From the NCBI GenBank assembly GCA_030390025.1, contig CM059432.1:17486001-17550000 (forward strand): a DNA stretch of 64,000 bases, written 5' to 3'. Shown here piece by piece: positions 40,394 to 51,244 of the stretch (position 1 is its first letter; each line of letters starts with the position of its first letter). The position numbers were made by a program, and so were the translations under genes. A model generated the notes under the pieces. It worked only from the letters and a program-made list of their open reading frames with translations. It was not told where the DNA came from and ran no database searches. The DNA comes from Squalus acanthias. Taxonomy: Eukaryota.

Positions 40394-40915
40394 TATAACT
40401 CTATGGGGGAAAAATTCAGTTGGTTGCGCCTCCCGTTAGCGCCTTAAGAGGGCGCTAATGGGGCGCAAAGCCGCTAGCGCCCGGGCGCAGCGATGTTTGC
40501 GCCGCTCGGGAACTTAACTAGACATTGTGCGGCGGCACTAAACTTTACCGCTGCGACCACCTGCGCGACCAGATTGTGACGTCATTCCATGGTGCAACGC
40601 CCTTGTGGCGCCCCTGAGCGGAAATTGAGTGGCGCCCCCTGCCTTACCGCCTGGCGCATCCAACGACCGGAAGACTGGAACGCTATCAATCGCTGTGGGG
40701 CTGGGGGGGGCGCTATTTAAAGGGGGCCTCTTCCTGTCTTTTTCTGTGGTTGACATTTTTGCACCACTCGTTCTGAGAGAGAGAGAGAGATTCGGAGAGA
40801 GAGAAAGAGAGACTTCTGCATTGACTCAACGCTTTGTGAGGTAGTTTTGCCTACTGATCCTAACTTCGCTGGTACTTTGGTTGCTGTCCTTCATAACTTT
40901 GCTTGCCAAGAGACT

Positions 40916-42076
40916 ATGGGGGCTGCACTGATTGGGGGCGTCGTCCTGCTCCAGCTGAATCGGAGGACACGGAGACGCAGAGAGAGAGTGACAATGATGG
41001 CCAGACGGAGGAGGGCCAACAGGCGTATGTACAGGAGAGCTTACCCTCCCAGGGTATATCGTGAACAGCTCTCCTACATTCATATGTCTGAGGAGCTGTG
41101 TTTGCGAAGGCTGCGATTCAGCAAGGAGGTGGTCACTGAGCTCTGCCACCTGCTGCAGCCAGATCTGCAGCCTCAACTGAGGTCCAGGACGTCTCTGTCG
41201 GTGGCAGTGAAGGTCACAGTGGCTCTCAACTTCTATGCTACTGGCTCATTTCAAGCTGCTGCTGGGGACCTCGCCAATATCTCCCAGTTCGCGGTGCATT
41301 GCTGCATCCGGCAGGTCACAAATGCCCTCTTTAAAAGGAGACGAGAGTTCATCTCTTTCCCCATGACCCTAGACAAGCAGCGTGACCGCGCTCTGGGCTT
41401 TGCGAGGGTAGCGGGCTTCCCCATGGTGCAGGGCGCCATTGACTGCACGCATGTGGCTTTGCGTGCTCCACATGAGAATGCCGAGGATTTCCGGAACAGA
41501 AAGGGGTTCCATTCCTTGAATGTTCAGTTGGTCTGTGACCACAGACAGCTGATACTCGCTGTCAATGCCCACTATCCTGGCAGCTGCCACGATGCTTTCA
41601 TCCTGCACCAGACTACTGTGGCAGAACTTTTCGAGGCACCGCATCAGCCAGTTGGTTGGCTTCTCGGGGACAAGGGGTATCCATTGAGCACCTGGCTGAT
41701 GACACCGCTCCGTACGCCCAACACCCCTGCTGAGCTGCGGTACAAGGAGAGCCATCAAGCTACCAGGAACATCATTGAGCGCACAATCGGCGTGCTGAAG
41801 CAACGGTTCCGCTGTCTCGACCATTCTGGAGGAGCCCTGCAGTACTCGCCTGAGCGAGTATCCAACTTCGTAGTTGTGTGCTGCATGTTGCATAACATGG
41901 CAATCGTCAGGACCCAGCCAATGCCACCAGGCCTTGGAGCACCACCAGAGGAGGAGGAGGAAGAGGAGGAAGAGGACGAGGAGGATGATCATCAGCAGCA
42001 CCAAGGCGGGAGGGCGGCCCACAATGGTGAAACTGCAAGGGCCGTCCGTCAACGGCTGATAGCAAGCCGCTTCTAG
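40916..42076 (+). CDS. Harbinger DDE transposase (HARBI1-like family), 386 aa from the first ATG
   Basis: GAIDCTHV, NRKGFHSLNVQLVCD, YPGSCHDAFIL, WLLGDKGYPL, RNIIERTIGVLKQRFRCL, CCMLHN; no stops or frameshifts. Confidence 0.93.
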   Translation: MGAALIGGVVLLQLNRRTRRRRERVTMMARRRRANRRMYRRAYPPRVYREQLSYIHMSEELCLRRLRFSKEVVTELCHLLQPDLQPQLRSRTSLSVAVKVTVALNFYATGSFQAAAGDLANISQFAVHCCIRQVTNALFKRRREFISFPMTLDKQRDRALGFARVAGFPMVQGAIDCTHVALRAPHENAEDFRNRKGFHSLNVQLVCDHRQLILAVNAHYPGSCHDAFILHQTTVAELFEAPHQPVGWLLGDKGYPLSTWLMTPLRTPNTPAELRYKESHQATRNIIERTIGVLKQRFRCLDHSGGALQYSPERVSNFVVVCCMLHNMAIVRTQPMPPGLGAPPEEEEEEEEEDEEDDHQQHQGGRAAHNGETARAVRQRLIASRF

Positions 42077-42388
42077 GGCCCCTGCTGTGGAAATGGCTTC
42101 TGCCATTGCTAACAACATCAATGAACCCAGCACGCAACCCCTAAGCCGGCCAAGGCACCAATGATTCCAAACACCAAACATGTATAGTTTGAATACAAAA
42201 ACTTATTTATTTTACAAACTCTGTGTGTGTCATTTCCTCATGACAAACTCATAGAAATAAACACAAAAAAACAGTCATTAACATAACTGGTTCTCACAAC
42301 CTGGAGATAATGTCCAAAACACTAAACAAAAGTTGGACCACGAACCTCGGCCTTTAATAAAAAAATGACCAGCATTTTGTCACACCTC

Positions 42389-44316
42389 CTACTTTTTGCC
42401 CTTCGAGGGTGATCTCCTTCCCTTGCGCACTTCCCCCCTTCTAACCCTACTGCTCCTCCGTAATGGGACCTCAGTGGCTGCAGCAAGGCTGGTGGAAGGC
42501 TGCTGATTGTCAGACCCTGACGCTGCAGATGCCCCTGAAGGACGGCCTCGACCAATTCTGGGCCTGGAGGGCCCGGCTGCAGACTGCACCAACTCTGCAT
42601 GGGCGGCAGCAGTCTGTCCTACAGGCGGTGGCAAGTGCAGTGGAGAAGTGACAGTGTTGGCAGCAGGAATGCTGTCATCGTGAGAGAGGACAGCAACTCC
42701 CTGCTCGACCGACACACTGGCACTCCCACGGGGCAGCACTTCAGCATCCGGAGCAATCTGCTGGAGCACAGATTGCTGGCCTGCTGCGGCGCGGTGAGAG
42801 CCCCGGGGAAATGTGAACGAACCATCGAGGATGGCAGCAGTCAGTGCTCGCGTGGCCTCAATCTGAGTCTGCATGAGAGCAGTCAGAGATGGGATCACGG
42901 CAGTCAGTGACTGAATTGCAGCACTAAGCTTTAGTGTGGCATCCGCCTGTGCTACAGCGAAGTGCTCCACACTCCTTGCCAGTGACTCAATGCATTCGGG
43001 CACCCTTCCCACTGCACCCATGAGCTCAGTGTGCATGCCCACCGCCTGGGTGTTCATTTCTGCGATCAGCCGCTCCTCCTCTGTGTCCATTGCAGTAGGA
43101 GTCGCTGGCATACTGTCCCTCTGGGGAGAAGGCCCCCGTTCTTCCCTACCCCCATGGCGTTGCTGCAGCCCGCTGGGTCCTGGAGCTTCACCCTCATCAG
43201 ACCCTTCCCCCCTGCTCCCCTCCAGGGAAGGCGTGTTCCCAGTGTGGGCATGGGCTTCCTCGGGAGAGGGTGGCACTGATGCTCCGGCTTCCTCTTCCTC
43301 CTCGGCTGCAGCTTCACTCCCAGTGGCAGCTTCAGGGCCCATCTCCTCAGCTGGTGAATCACCATCTGAAAGCAGGGAGGTACAAGAGTGGCTTTAGCGT
43401 GAGGACAGGGTGGCAGTAAGGGAGGAATAAGTGCAGCGAGTTAGTAAGTTGGATTGAAAGTGTCAAAGGCTGGTGTTGTGAGGGACAAGTGGAAGGACAG
43501 AGGACAAAAAGGTGATGACCTTACCATTGCTGTCCAGAACGGGGTCGGCGTCTCCAGTGGCGACGGGACCGATCACCCGGCTTGCCACAATCCTGTGGAC
43601 GCGCTCCTCAAGATCGCTGAGGGGTTGCAGCTGAGGCCGCCCTCCACCTGTCCGTTGCTGCTGTCTCCTATTATGCGCCAGCTTGGCCTGCAAGAAAAAG
43701 GACAGCATCTGAGTAAATATACAGCCATGGTCTTGCCTGATGTGCCTCCCATAGGTGAATAGCCCTTACTGTATACAGCCATGGTCTTGCCTGATGTGCC
43801 TCCCATAGGTGAATAGCCCTTACTGTATACAGCCATGGTCTTGCCTGATGTGCCTCCCATAGGTGAATAGCCCTTACTGTATGCAGCCATGGTCTTGCCT
43901 GATGTGCCTCCCATAGGTGAATAGCCCTTACTGTATGCAAAGTGTGGAATGTGTGTGTGTGTTTCATGAAAGGGCCATAGGTGTTGGATGAGTGTTGTGC
44001 ATTGGGGTTTTAAGACCCTCTGGCCATAGAGTGAGGTTGAGATGGAGGGATGGAGAGGTATTGAGAAAAAGCCACTCACCCTGACGACCCGAGTGAGGTC
44101 GTTGAACTTTTTGCGGCATTGAACATGGGTCCTGGGCACCATGCTCCTGGAGGAGACGCTCTGAGCCACCTCCCTCCACACTCTTCTGTACTCGCGTGGC
44201 AAAGGCCTCCTGCCACTCTCAGGGAAGAGTATAGATCTTCTGCGCTCCACCGCGCCAACCAGAGCATCCAAGGCCCGCTCGGTGAAGCGCTGAGCTCGTT
44301 CTCTCACCCTCTCCAT
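42389..44316 (-). CDS. Harbinger Myb/SANT-like DNA-binding partner protein, 3 exons (44316-44080, 43687-43525, 43365-42389), 458 aa
   Basis: RFTERALDALV..W..VA..RTHVQCRKKFNDL trihelix/Myb motif; junctions AGG|GTGAGT, ttcttgcag|GCC (phase 0), G|GTAAGG, tttcag|AT (phase 1) give one 1377-nt ORF. Confidence 0.85.
43721..43936. repeat. 54-bp minisatellite x4 in Myb intron 1
   Basis: acagccatggtcttgcctgatgtgcctcccataggtgaatagcccttactgtat repeated four times, near-identical. Confidence 0.95.
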
Positions 44317-47300
44317 CCTTGGCAGCAAAATGGATTCACAGGTCTCTCCAGGCCGAGATTCAAGGCTGCAATGAGCAGGGTGTGGCTGGGGAGCAAGAGG
44401 CCCCCCCCCCCCTTTAAGAACTGGCCGGCGCCAGTGTGTCTGTGTTCCCTCGCTAACTGGCAGCACCTGCGCTGCGCTTGCGCGCTGAGTTAGCGCCTCA
44501 CTGCTCGGCCTTTGCGCCTTAAGACAGGTGTGCAGCGCCTGATTTAGCGCTCCACTCACCTCTCGGGGCGTTAAAAGTGAAGTTTCCAGTCAGTGGCGAT
44601 AATTAGCGCCAGGCGCTAATTTTTGCGCCCGGACGATATTTGCGCCCCAAACGGGGCGGGACTTAATTTTTCCCCCTATTACTCTATGAATCTCTTAAAG
44701 TTAACTTGCAGGTACAGCAAGCAACTAGGAAAGCAAATGGTATGTTAACCTTTATTACAAGAGGATTTGAGTATAAGAGTAAAAACGTCTTACTGCAATT
44801 ATATAGGGCCCTGGTGAGACCGCACCTGGAGTATTGTGTTCAGTTTTGGTCTCCTTACCTAAGGAAGGATATACTTGCCATAGAGGGAGTGCAACAAAGG
44901 TTCACCAGACTGGTTCCTGGGATAGGGGGATTGTCCTATGAGGACAGATTGAGTAGACTGGGCCTATATTCTCTAGAGTTTAGAAGAATGAGAGGTGATC
45001 TCATTGAAACATACTAAATTCTTACAGGACTTGACAGGGTAGATGCAGGGAGGATGTTTCCCCCGGCTGGGGAGTCTAGAACCAGGGGTCACAATCTCAG
45101 AATAAGGGGTCGACCATTTGGGACTGAGATGAGGAGAAATTTCTTCACTCAGAGGGTGGTGAATCTTTGGAATTCTCTACCCCAGAGGGCTGTGGAGGCT
45201 CAGTCGTTGAGTATATTCAAGACACAGATCGATTGTGCTGGGCGGTAAGCCGAATTTCGCGGCCGTGGCGGTACTTCCGCGCCGGGCGCTAAATGTCTGG
45301 CCTTAACTCGGTTACTGCCCCCAAACGGGGGCGTAGCCGAATTTCGCACCCTTAGTGTTCTATTTGACCCCGTATCCTCTCCATCACAAAGAGGGCGTAA
45401 TCCCACCTTTGTAACCTCACTCGCTTCTGCGCCTACGTCAGCCCATCCTCAGCCATGTATTTGTCACCTCCGGAGTCGACTATTCCAATGCTCTGCTGGT
45501 CGGCCTACCACCTTCCATCCTCCATAAACCTCAGCTCATCCAAAGCTCTTCTGCCCGTATCCTAACTCGCATATTTTAACCCACACCAAGTCGTGCTCAC
45601 CCATCTTGCTCACCCCTATCCTTGCTGATCTACATTTGCTCCCGGTCCCCCAGTGCCTCCAATTTAAAATTCTCATGTTTAAACTCCTTCATGGCCTCGC
45701 ATCTCTCACTCTCTGTAACCTTCTCTAGCCTTACAACCACCTGCACCCCCCCGCCACTCCCCACACCCACCCCCAGGATCTCTGGACCTCTTACTGTGGC
45801 CTCTTGTGCAACCCCTGCTGCCTTTGCCCTACCATTAGTAACTGCACTTTCAGCTGCCTAGGCCTCACGCTCTGGAATTTCTTCTTCAAACTTCTCCATC
45901 TCTCCACATCCCTCTCCTCCTTTAAGACGCTGCTTTAAACCCGCCTTTTTGAACAAGCTTTTGGTTACCCCTCCTAATATTTCATTTCTTTGATTGTGCC
46001 ACTGTGAAGTGCCTTAGGATGTTTTTCTACATTAACGGCGCTATATCGGTGCAAGTTGTAGTTGTAAAATTAACTGTGTGCTAATGAATTCAACATCATA
46101 TACTGCTGGCTATAAAGACACAAAATGGAGTCCAACCGAAATATTAAGGTGATCACAATTCTCCCAGCCTGAGTTATTTATTCTTGTCAAACAGCTTGCC
46201 AAATATTAAATACATTACTTGGAACAGTCAAGTTACTATCAACACCCAAAGGAAGGTTGTGCACAATTACTCATCATTGGATCCTCTTGAGGGCCTGAAA
46301 GCTGGGAGACTTCAGTTTAGGGCCTGAAAAACAAAATCTCCCAGCTTTGTTGAACATCACAAGATTGTTGGCAAAGAATTGATGACATAAAAAGACTTGA
46401 AGTGCATTGCTCAGAAGGTCGAAAAGACTTTGTTGAAATGAAATGCATTGTAGATAAGTCTAACTTAGCCAAAAAGAAAAGATTGGAAAGATCTTCAAGA
46501 TTATCCCGGGCAAAACGTCTACCCCAGAGTCCCAGATGTCTGGTAAATTTACTTTACAATCTTTCCTTCCATGTAATCTCTCAGTTCAGTAAAATGAGTT
46601 GAAGAAGTATTACTGGAATTAAAGCAGTATAGTGTTCAAGGTTTTTAGTGTGCTTGAAAATAATTTTTGGACAATGATTCACACTGGCACTTCACCTGTC
46701 TTTGTAGGTCTCTTCCAGAGTGGCCTCTACAGCTATAGGTCTCCAGTTTCTGATCAATGTGTGCATTTAACAAACACATGTTTTTATTCCTGGCTCTACA
46801 AAAGACTAATTGAAGGAGAAATTGGATCTCGTTTTGCCCAGTTTTTGTGTGAAAATGACAAATTTAGCAATGTCACGTCCCGTGTCTGAACTGGGTCGGA
46901 AATACATCTGACACCTTAATGGATCGGGTGCTATTTAGGCATCGCTGGCGTCCGCCTGAAATAAACGCTGGCCTAATTAAAATATGGAACATGACCGTTG
47001 TGTGCAATTGGTGTCCGGGAGCGGCAGATTCGTCAGTTCCTAATGACAGCAGATCATGGCGGGATACTTAAGCGGATCCTCACCTCCGTTAAGGTAAGTC
47101 TCTAGTTAGTCTTTATAGGCTGCTGGTGTGCTTTTTGAGCACTTTGTCAATTTGTCTGGTATTTCACTGTTGACTAGGTTTGGAGAGGGAGATTTGTAGT
47201 CTTTGTCAGCATTGGTTTCATCCCAATTGTGGAAGATGCTGTGCTGCTTGGGTTGCCTTTGAAGCTGCCAAATGAGGATGAAGAGCAGCAGCAACAAAGA

Positions 47301-48279
47301 GGGCAGCACAGACCTGTAGAGGTTGTTGGAAGAGGGTGAAGGAGGGAGGAGGTCTTACAACATGAGGGTCTTTGGTGGTGGAGGTCACTGTTGCCCTTAA
47401 CGTTTTATGTCTCTGGGTCATTCCAGACTCCAGCAAAGGGCATGACTAAAACAACAACAACTTGCATTTATATAGCGCCTTTAACGTAGTAAAACCTCCC
47501 AAGGCGCTTCATAGGAGAGTTATCAAACAAAATCTGACACTAAGCCACATAAGGAGATATTAGGGCAGATGAACGAGGTAGGTTTTAAGGAGCGTCTTAA
47601 AGGAGGAAAGAGAGGTAGAGAGACGGAAAGGTTTACGGAGGGAATTTCAGAGCTTCAGGCCTCGGAAGCTGAAGGGATGGCAGCCAATGGTGGAGCTATT
47701 AAAATCGGGGATGTGGATGAGGCCAGAATTGGAAGAGCGCAGATATCTCGGAGGGTTGTGGGGCTGGAGGAGGTTACAGAGATGGGGAGGGGTGAGGCTA
47801 TGGAGGGATTTGAAAACAAGGATGAGAATTTTAAAATCGAGGCGTTGTTTAACTGGGAGCCAAAGTAGGTCAGCGAGCACAGGGGTGATGGATGATGGGG
47901 ACTTGGTGCGAGTTAGGATATGGGCAGCAGTGTTTTGGATGACCTTAAATTTATGGAGGGTGGAAGATGGGAGGCCGGCCAGGAGTGCGTTGGATTAGTC
48001 AAATCTAGAGGTAACCAAGGCGTGGATGAGAGTTTCAGCAGCAGATGAGCTGAGGCAGGGGCGGAGTCAGGCGATGTTATAAGAACATAAGAACATAAGA
48101 AATAGGAGCAGGAGTAGGACAATCGGCCCCTCGAGTCTGCTCCGCCATTCAATAAGATCATGGCTGATCTGATCCTAACCTCAAATCTAAAGAACACAAG
48201 AAGTAGGAGCAGGACCCGGCCACTCAGCCCCTGGGCCCGCTCCGCCACCCACAGGGCCCTGAACTGTCCGAACTCAGCC

Positions 48280-51244
48280 TCATGTCAAATTTCCTGCCCG
48301 CTCACCGTAACCTCTAATTCCCTTTACCTCTAGGAAACTATCTATTTCTGTTTTAAATTTATTTAATGATGTAGCTTCCACAGCTTCCTAGGGCAGCAAA
48401 TTCCACAGACCCACTACCCTCTGAGTGAAGAAGTTTCTCCTCATCTCAGTTTTGAAAGAGCAGCCCCTTATTCTAAGATTATGCCCCCTAGTTCTAGTTT
48501 CACCCATCCTTGGGAACATCCTTACTGCATCCACCCGATCAAGCCCCTTCACAATCTTATATGTTTCAATAAGATCGCCTCTCATTCTTCTGAACTCCAA
48601 TGAGTAGAGTCCCAATCTACTCAACCTCTCCTCATATGTCCACCCCCTCATCCCCGGGATTAACCGAGTGAACCTTCTTTGTACTGCCTCGAGAGCAAGT
48701 ATGTCTTTTCTTAAGTATGGACACCAAAACTGTACGCAGTATTCCAGGTGCGGTCTCACCAATACCTTATATAACTGCAGCAATACCTCCCTGTTTTTAT
48801 AATCTATCCCCCTAGCAATAAAAGCCAACATTCCGTTGGCCTTCTTGATCATCTGCTGCACCTGCATACTAACTTTTTGATTTTCTTGCACTAGGACCCC
48901 CAGATCCCTTTGTACTGCAGTACTTTCCAGTTTCTCGCCATTAAGATAATAACTTGCTCTCTGATTTTTCCTGCCAAAGTGCATAACCTCACATTTTTCA
49001 ATATTGTATTGCATCTGCCAAATCTCCGCCCACTCGCCCAGCCTGTCTATATTCCCTTGTAGGTTTTTTATGTCCTCCTCACTTTCTACTTTCCCTCCCA
49101 TCTTTGTATCATCTGCAAACTTTGATATGTTACACTCGGTCCCCTCCTCCAAATCGTTAATATAGATTGTAAAGAGTTGGGGACCCAGCACCGACCCCTG
49201 CGGAAAACCACTGGCTACTGGTTGCCAGTCCGAGAATGAACCATTTATCCCAACTCTCTGCTTCCTGTTAGATAACCAATCCTCCACCCATGCCAGAATA
49301 TTACCCTCAATCCAGTGATTTTTTTATCTTGAGCAATAATCTTTTATGTGGCACCTTGTCGAATGCCTTCTGGAAGTCTAAATACACTACGTCCACTGGT
49401 TCCCCTTTATCCACCCTGTACGTTATGTCCTCAAAGAACTCAAGCAAATTTGTCAGACATGACTTCCCCTTCATAAAGCCATGCTGACTTTGTCCTATTA
49501 AATTATGTTTATCTAAATGTTCCGTTACTGTCTCCTTAATAATAGACTCCAAAATTTTACCCACCACAGATGTTAGGCTAACTGGTCTATAATTTCCAGC
49601 CTTCTGCCTACTACCCTTTTTAAATAAGGGTGTTACATTAGCAGTTTTCCAATCTGCTGGGACCTTTGCTGAGTCCAGGGAATTTTGGAAAATTATTACC
49701 AAAGCATCCACAATCCCTACTGCCACTTCCCTCAAGACCCTAGGATGTAAGCCATCAGGTCCAGGGGATTTATTCGCCTTGAGTCCCATTATTTTACTGA
49801 GTACCAATTCCTTAGTGATTTTAATCGTATTTAGCTCCTCCCCCACTAGAGCCCCCTGTTTGTCCAGTGTTGGGATATTGTTAGTGTCCTCTACCGTAAA
49901 GACTGAAACAAAATATTTGTTCAGCATTTTTGCCATCTCCATGTTTCCCACCATTAATTTCCCGGTCTCATCCTCTAAGGGACCTACGTTTGCCTTAGCC
50001 ACCCTTTTTCTTTTTATATAACTATAGAAACTCTTGCTATCTGTTTTTATATTTTTTGCTAATTTATTTTCATAATCTATCTTCCCTTTCTTAATCAATC
50101 CTTCAGTTACTTTTTGCTGTCTTTTGAAGACTTCCCAATCTTCTATCCTCCCACTAAGTTTGGCTACCTTATATGTCCTTGTTTTTAGTCGGATACTATC
50201 CTTAATTTCTTTACTTAGCCACGGATGGCTGTCATTTCTTTTACACCGTTTTTTCCTCAGTGGAATATATTTCTTTTGAAAGTTGTAAAATAACTCCTTA
50301 AATGAACACCACTGCTCATGTACCTTCTTACCCTTTAATCTATTTTCCCAGTCCACTTTAATCAATTCCGCTCTCATACCATCATAGTCTCCTTTATTCA
50401 AGCTCAGTACGCTTGTTTGAGAACCAACCTTCTCACCCTCTAATTGGATATGAAATTCAACCATGTTATGGTCACTCATTCCAAGGGGATCCTTAACTAG
50501 GACATTATTATTTAATCCTGACTCATTACACAGGACCAGGTCCAAGGTTGCTTGCCCCCTTGTAGGATCAGTTACATATTGCTCAAGAAATCCATCCCTA
50601 AGACACTCAATAAACTCTTCCTCAAGGCTGCCCTGCCCAATTTGATTTGTCCAGTTAATATCATAGTTAAAATCCACCATAATTATAGCTGTTCCCTTAT
50701 TACATGCCCCAACTATTTCCTGATTAATACTTCTTCCAGCAGAGTTGCAACTATTAGGAGGCCTATATACTACTCCCACTAGTGTTTTTTTCCCCTTATT
50801 ATTCCTTATCTCCACCCAAACTGTTTCACTATCCTGATCCTTTGACCCAATATCATTTCTCTGTATTACAGTGATTCCTTCCTTTATTAACATAGCCACC
50901 CCACCTCCCCTTCCTTGCTGCCTGTCCTTCCTAATTGTTAAATACCCTGGCATATTTAGTTCCCAGTCGTTGTCACCCTGCAGCCATGTTTCTGTAATGG
51001 CCACAAGATCATACCCATACGTAGTTATTTGTGCGGTTAACTCGTCCATTTTGTTACGAATGCTACGTGCATTCAGATAAAGAACTTTCAAATATGTTTT
51101 GTGACACTTAGTTCCTGCTTTTTCCTTTTTTAACACTTTACCTTTTACTCCATACCTTCTGTCCCTTCCTGACACGCTTTCCTCTGTCTCCCTGCTCACG
51201 TGCCCAACCCCCTGCCGCTTCAGTTTAAACCCTCCCCAACAGCA
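48280..51244 (-). pseudogene. CR1 ORF2 (APE endonuclease + RT) with a +1 A frameshift at 49319-25 and a TAG at 48388-90
   Basis: [51 protein letters not shown]. Confidence 0.9.

Larger units (their letters stand above)
40405..44676 (+). mobile_element. Full-length autonomous PIF/Harbinger DNA transposon (4272 bp)
   Basis: Perfect 12-bp TIRs gggggaaaaatt / aatttttccccc; TSD TAT (40402-04, 44677-79); two convergent intact genes. Confidence 0.95.
38998..44687 (+). mobile_element. Second CR1 subfamily (body 38998-40278), with a short CR1 tail inserted at ~39081-39148; its (actctat)n tail hosts the Harbinger elements
   Basis: EVTERIDEG..FDKVP; SQGSVLGP; FADD; tail units gactctat / aactctat / tactctat. 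Confidence 0.8.
38310..45232 (+). mobile_element. CR1 ORF2 (RT) fragment split into 38310-38997 and 44688-45232
   Basis: [55 protein letters not shown] rejoins with GAAT duplicated. Confidence 0.85.
37354..45351 (+). mobile_element. Non-autonomous Harbinger element (own sequence ~37354-37643, 38010-38309, 45233-45351) hosting nested insertions
   Basis: TIRs gggctagaaattcggct / agccgaatttcgcaccc; TSD tca/tta; subterminal sequence resembles both ends of 40405-44676. Confidence 0.75.
37150..46065 (+). mobile_element. L2-clade LINE split into 37150-37353 and 45352-46065 by an 8-kb nested stack
   Basis: gactgtttataacc-tca|tta-gtgttctatttgacc rejoins into the L2-type sequence seen inverted at 52412-52450. 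Confidence 0.75.

Noticed and set aside
40916..42076. Domesticated host gene HARBI1
   Set aside because: It lies between TIRs with a TSD, is paired with a Myb gene and is nested in LINEs, so it is a transposon copy.
41369..42181. 270-aa antisense ORF and similar antisense ORFs over CR1 copies
   Set aside because: Shadows of GC-rich coding sequence with no recognisable motifs.
43721..43936. CRISPR-like array
   Set aside because: Head-to-tail repeats without unique spacers, eukaryotic context and no cas genes.
43573..44559. 328-aa ORF as the complete Myb protein
   Set aside because: It starts at a non-ATG codon in the subterminal region and reads into intron 1; the spliced model fits better.
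46380..46890. Possible host exon ORFs (66 and 85 aa)
   Set aside because: Non-ATG starts and no recognisable homology.
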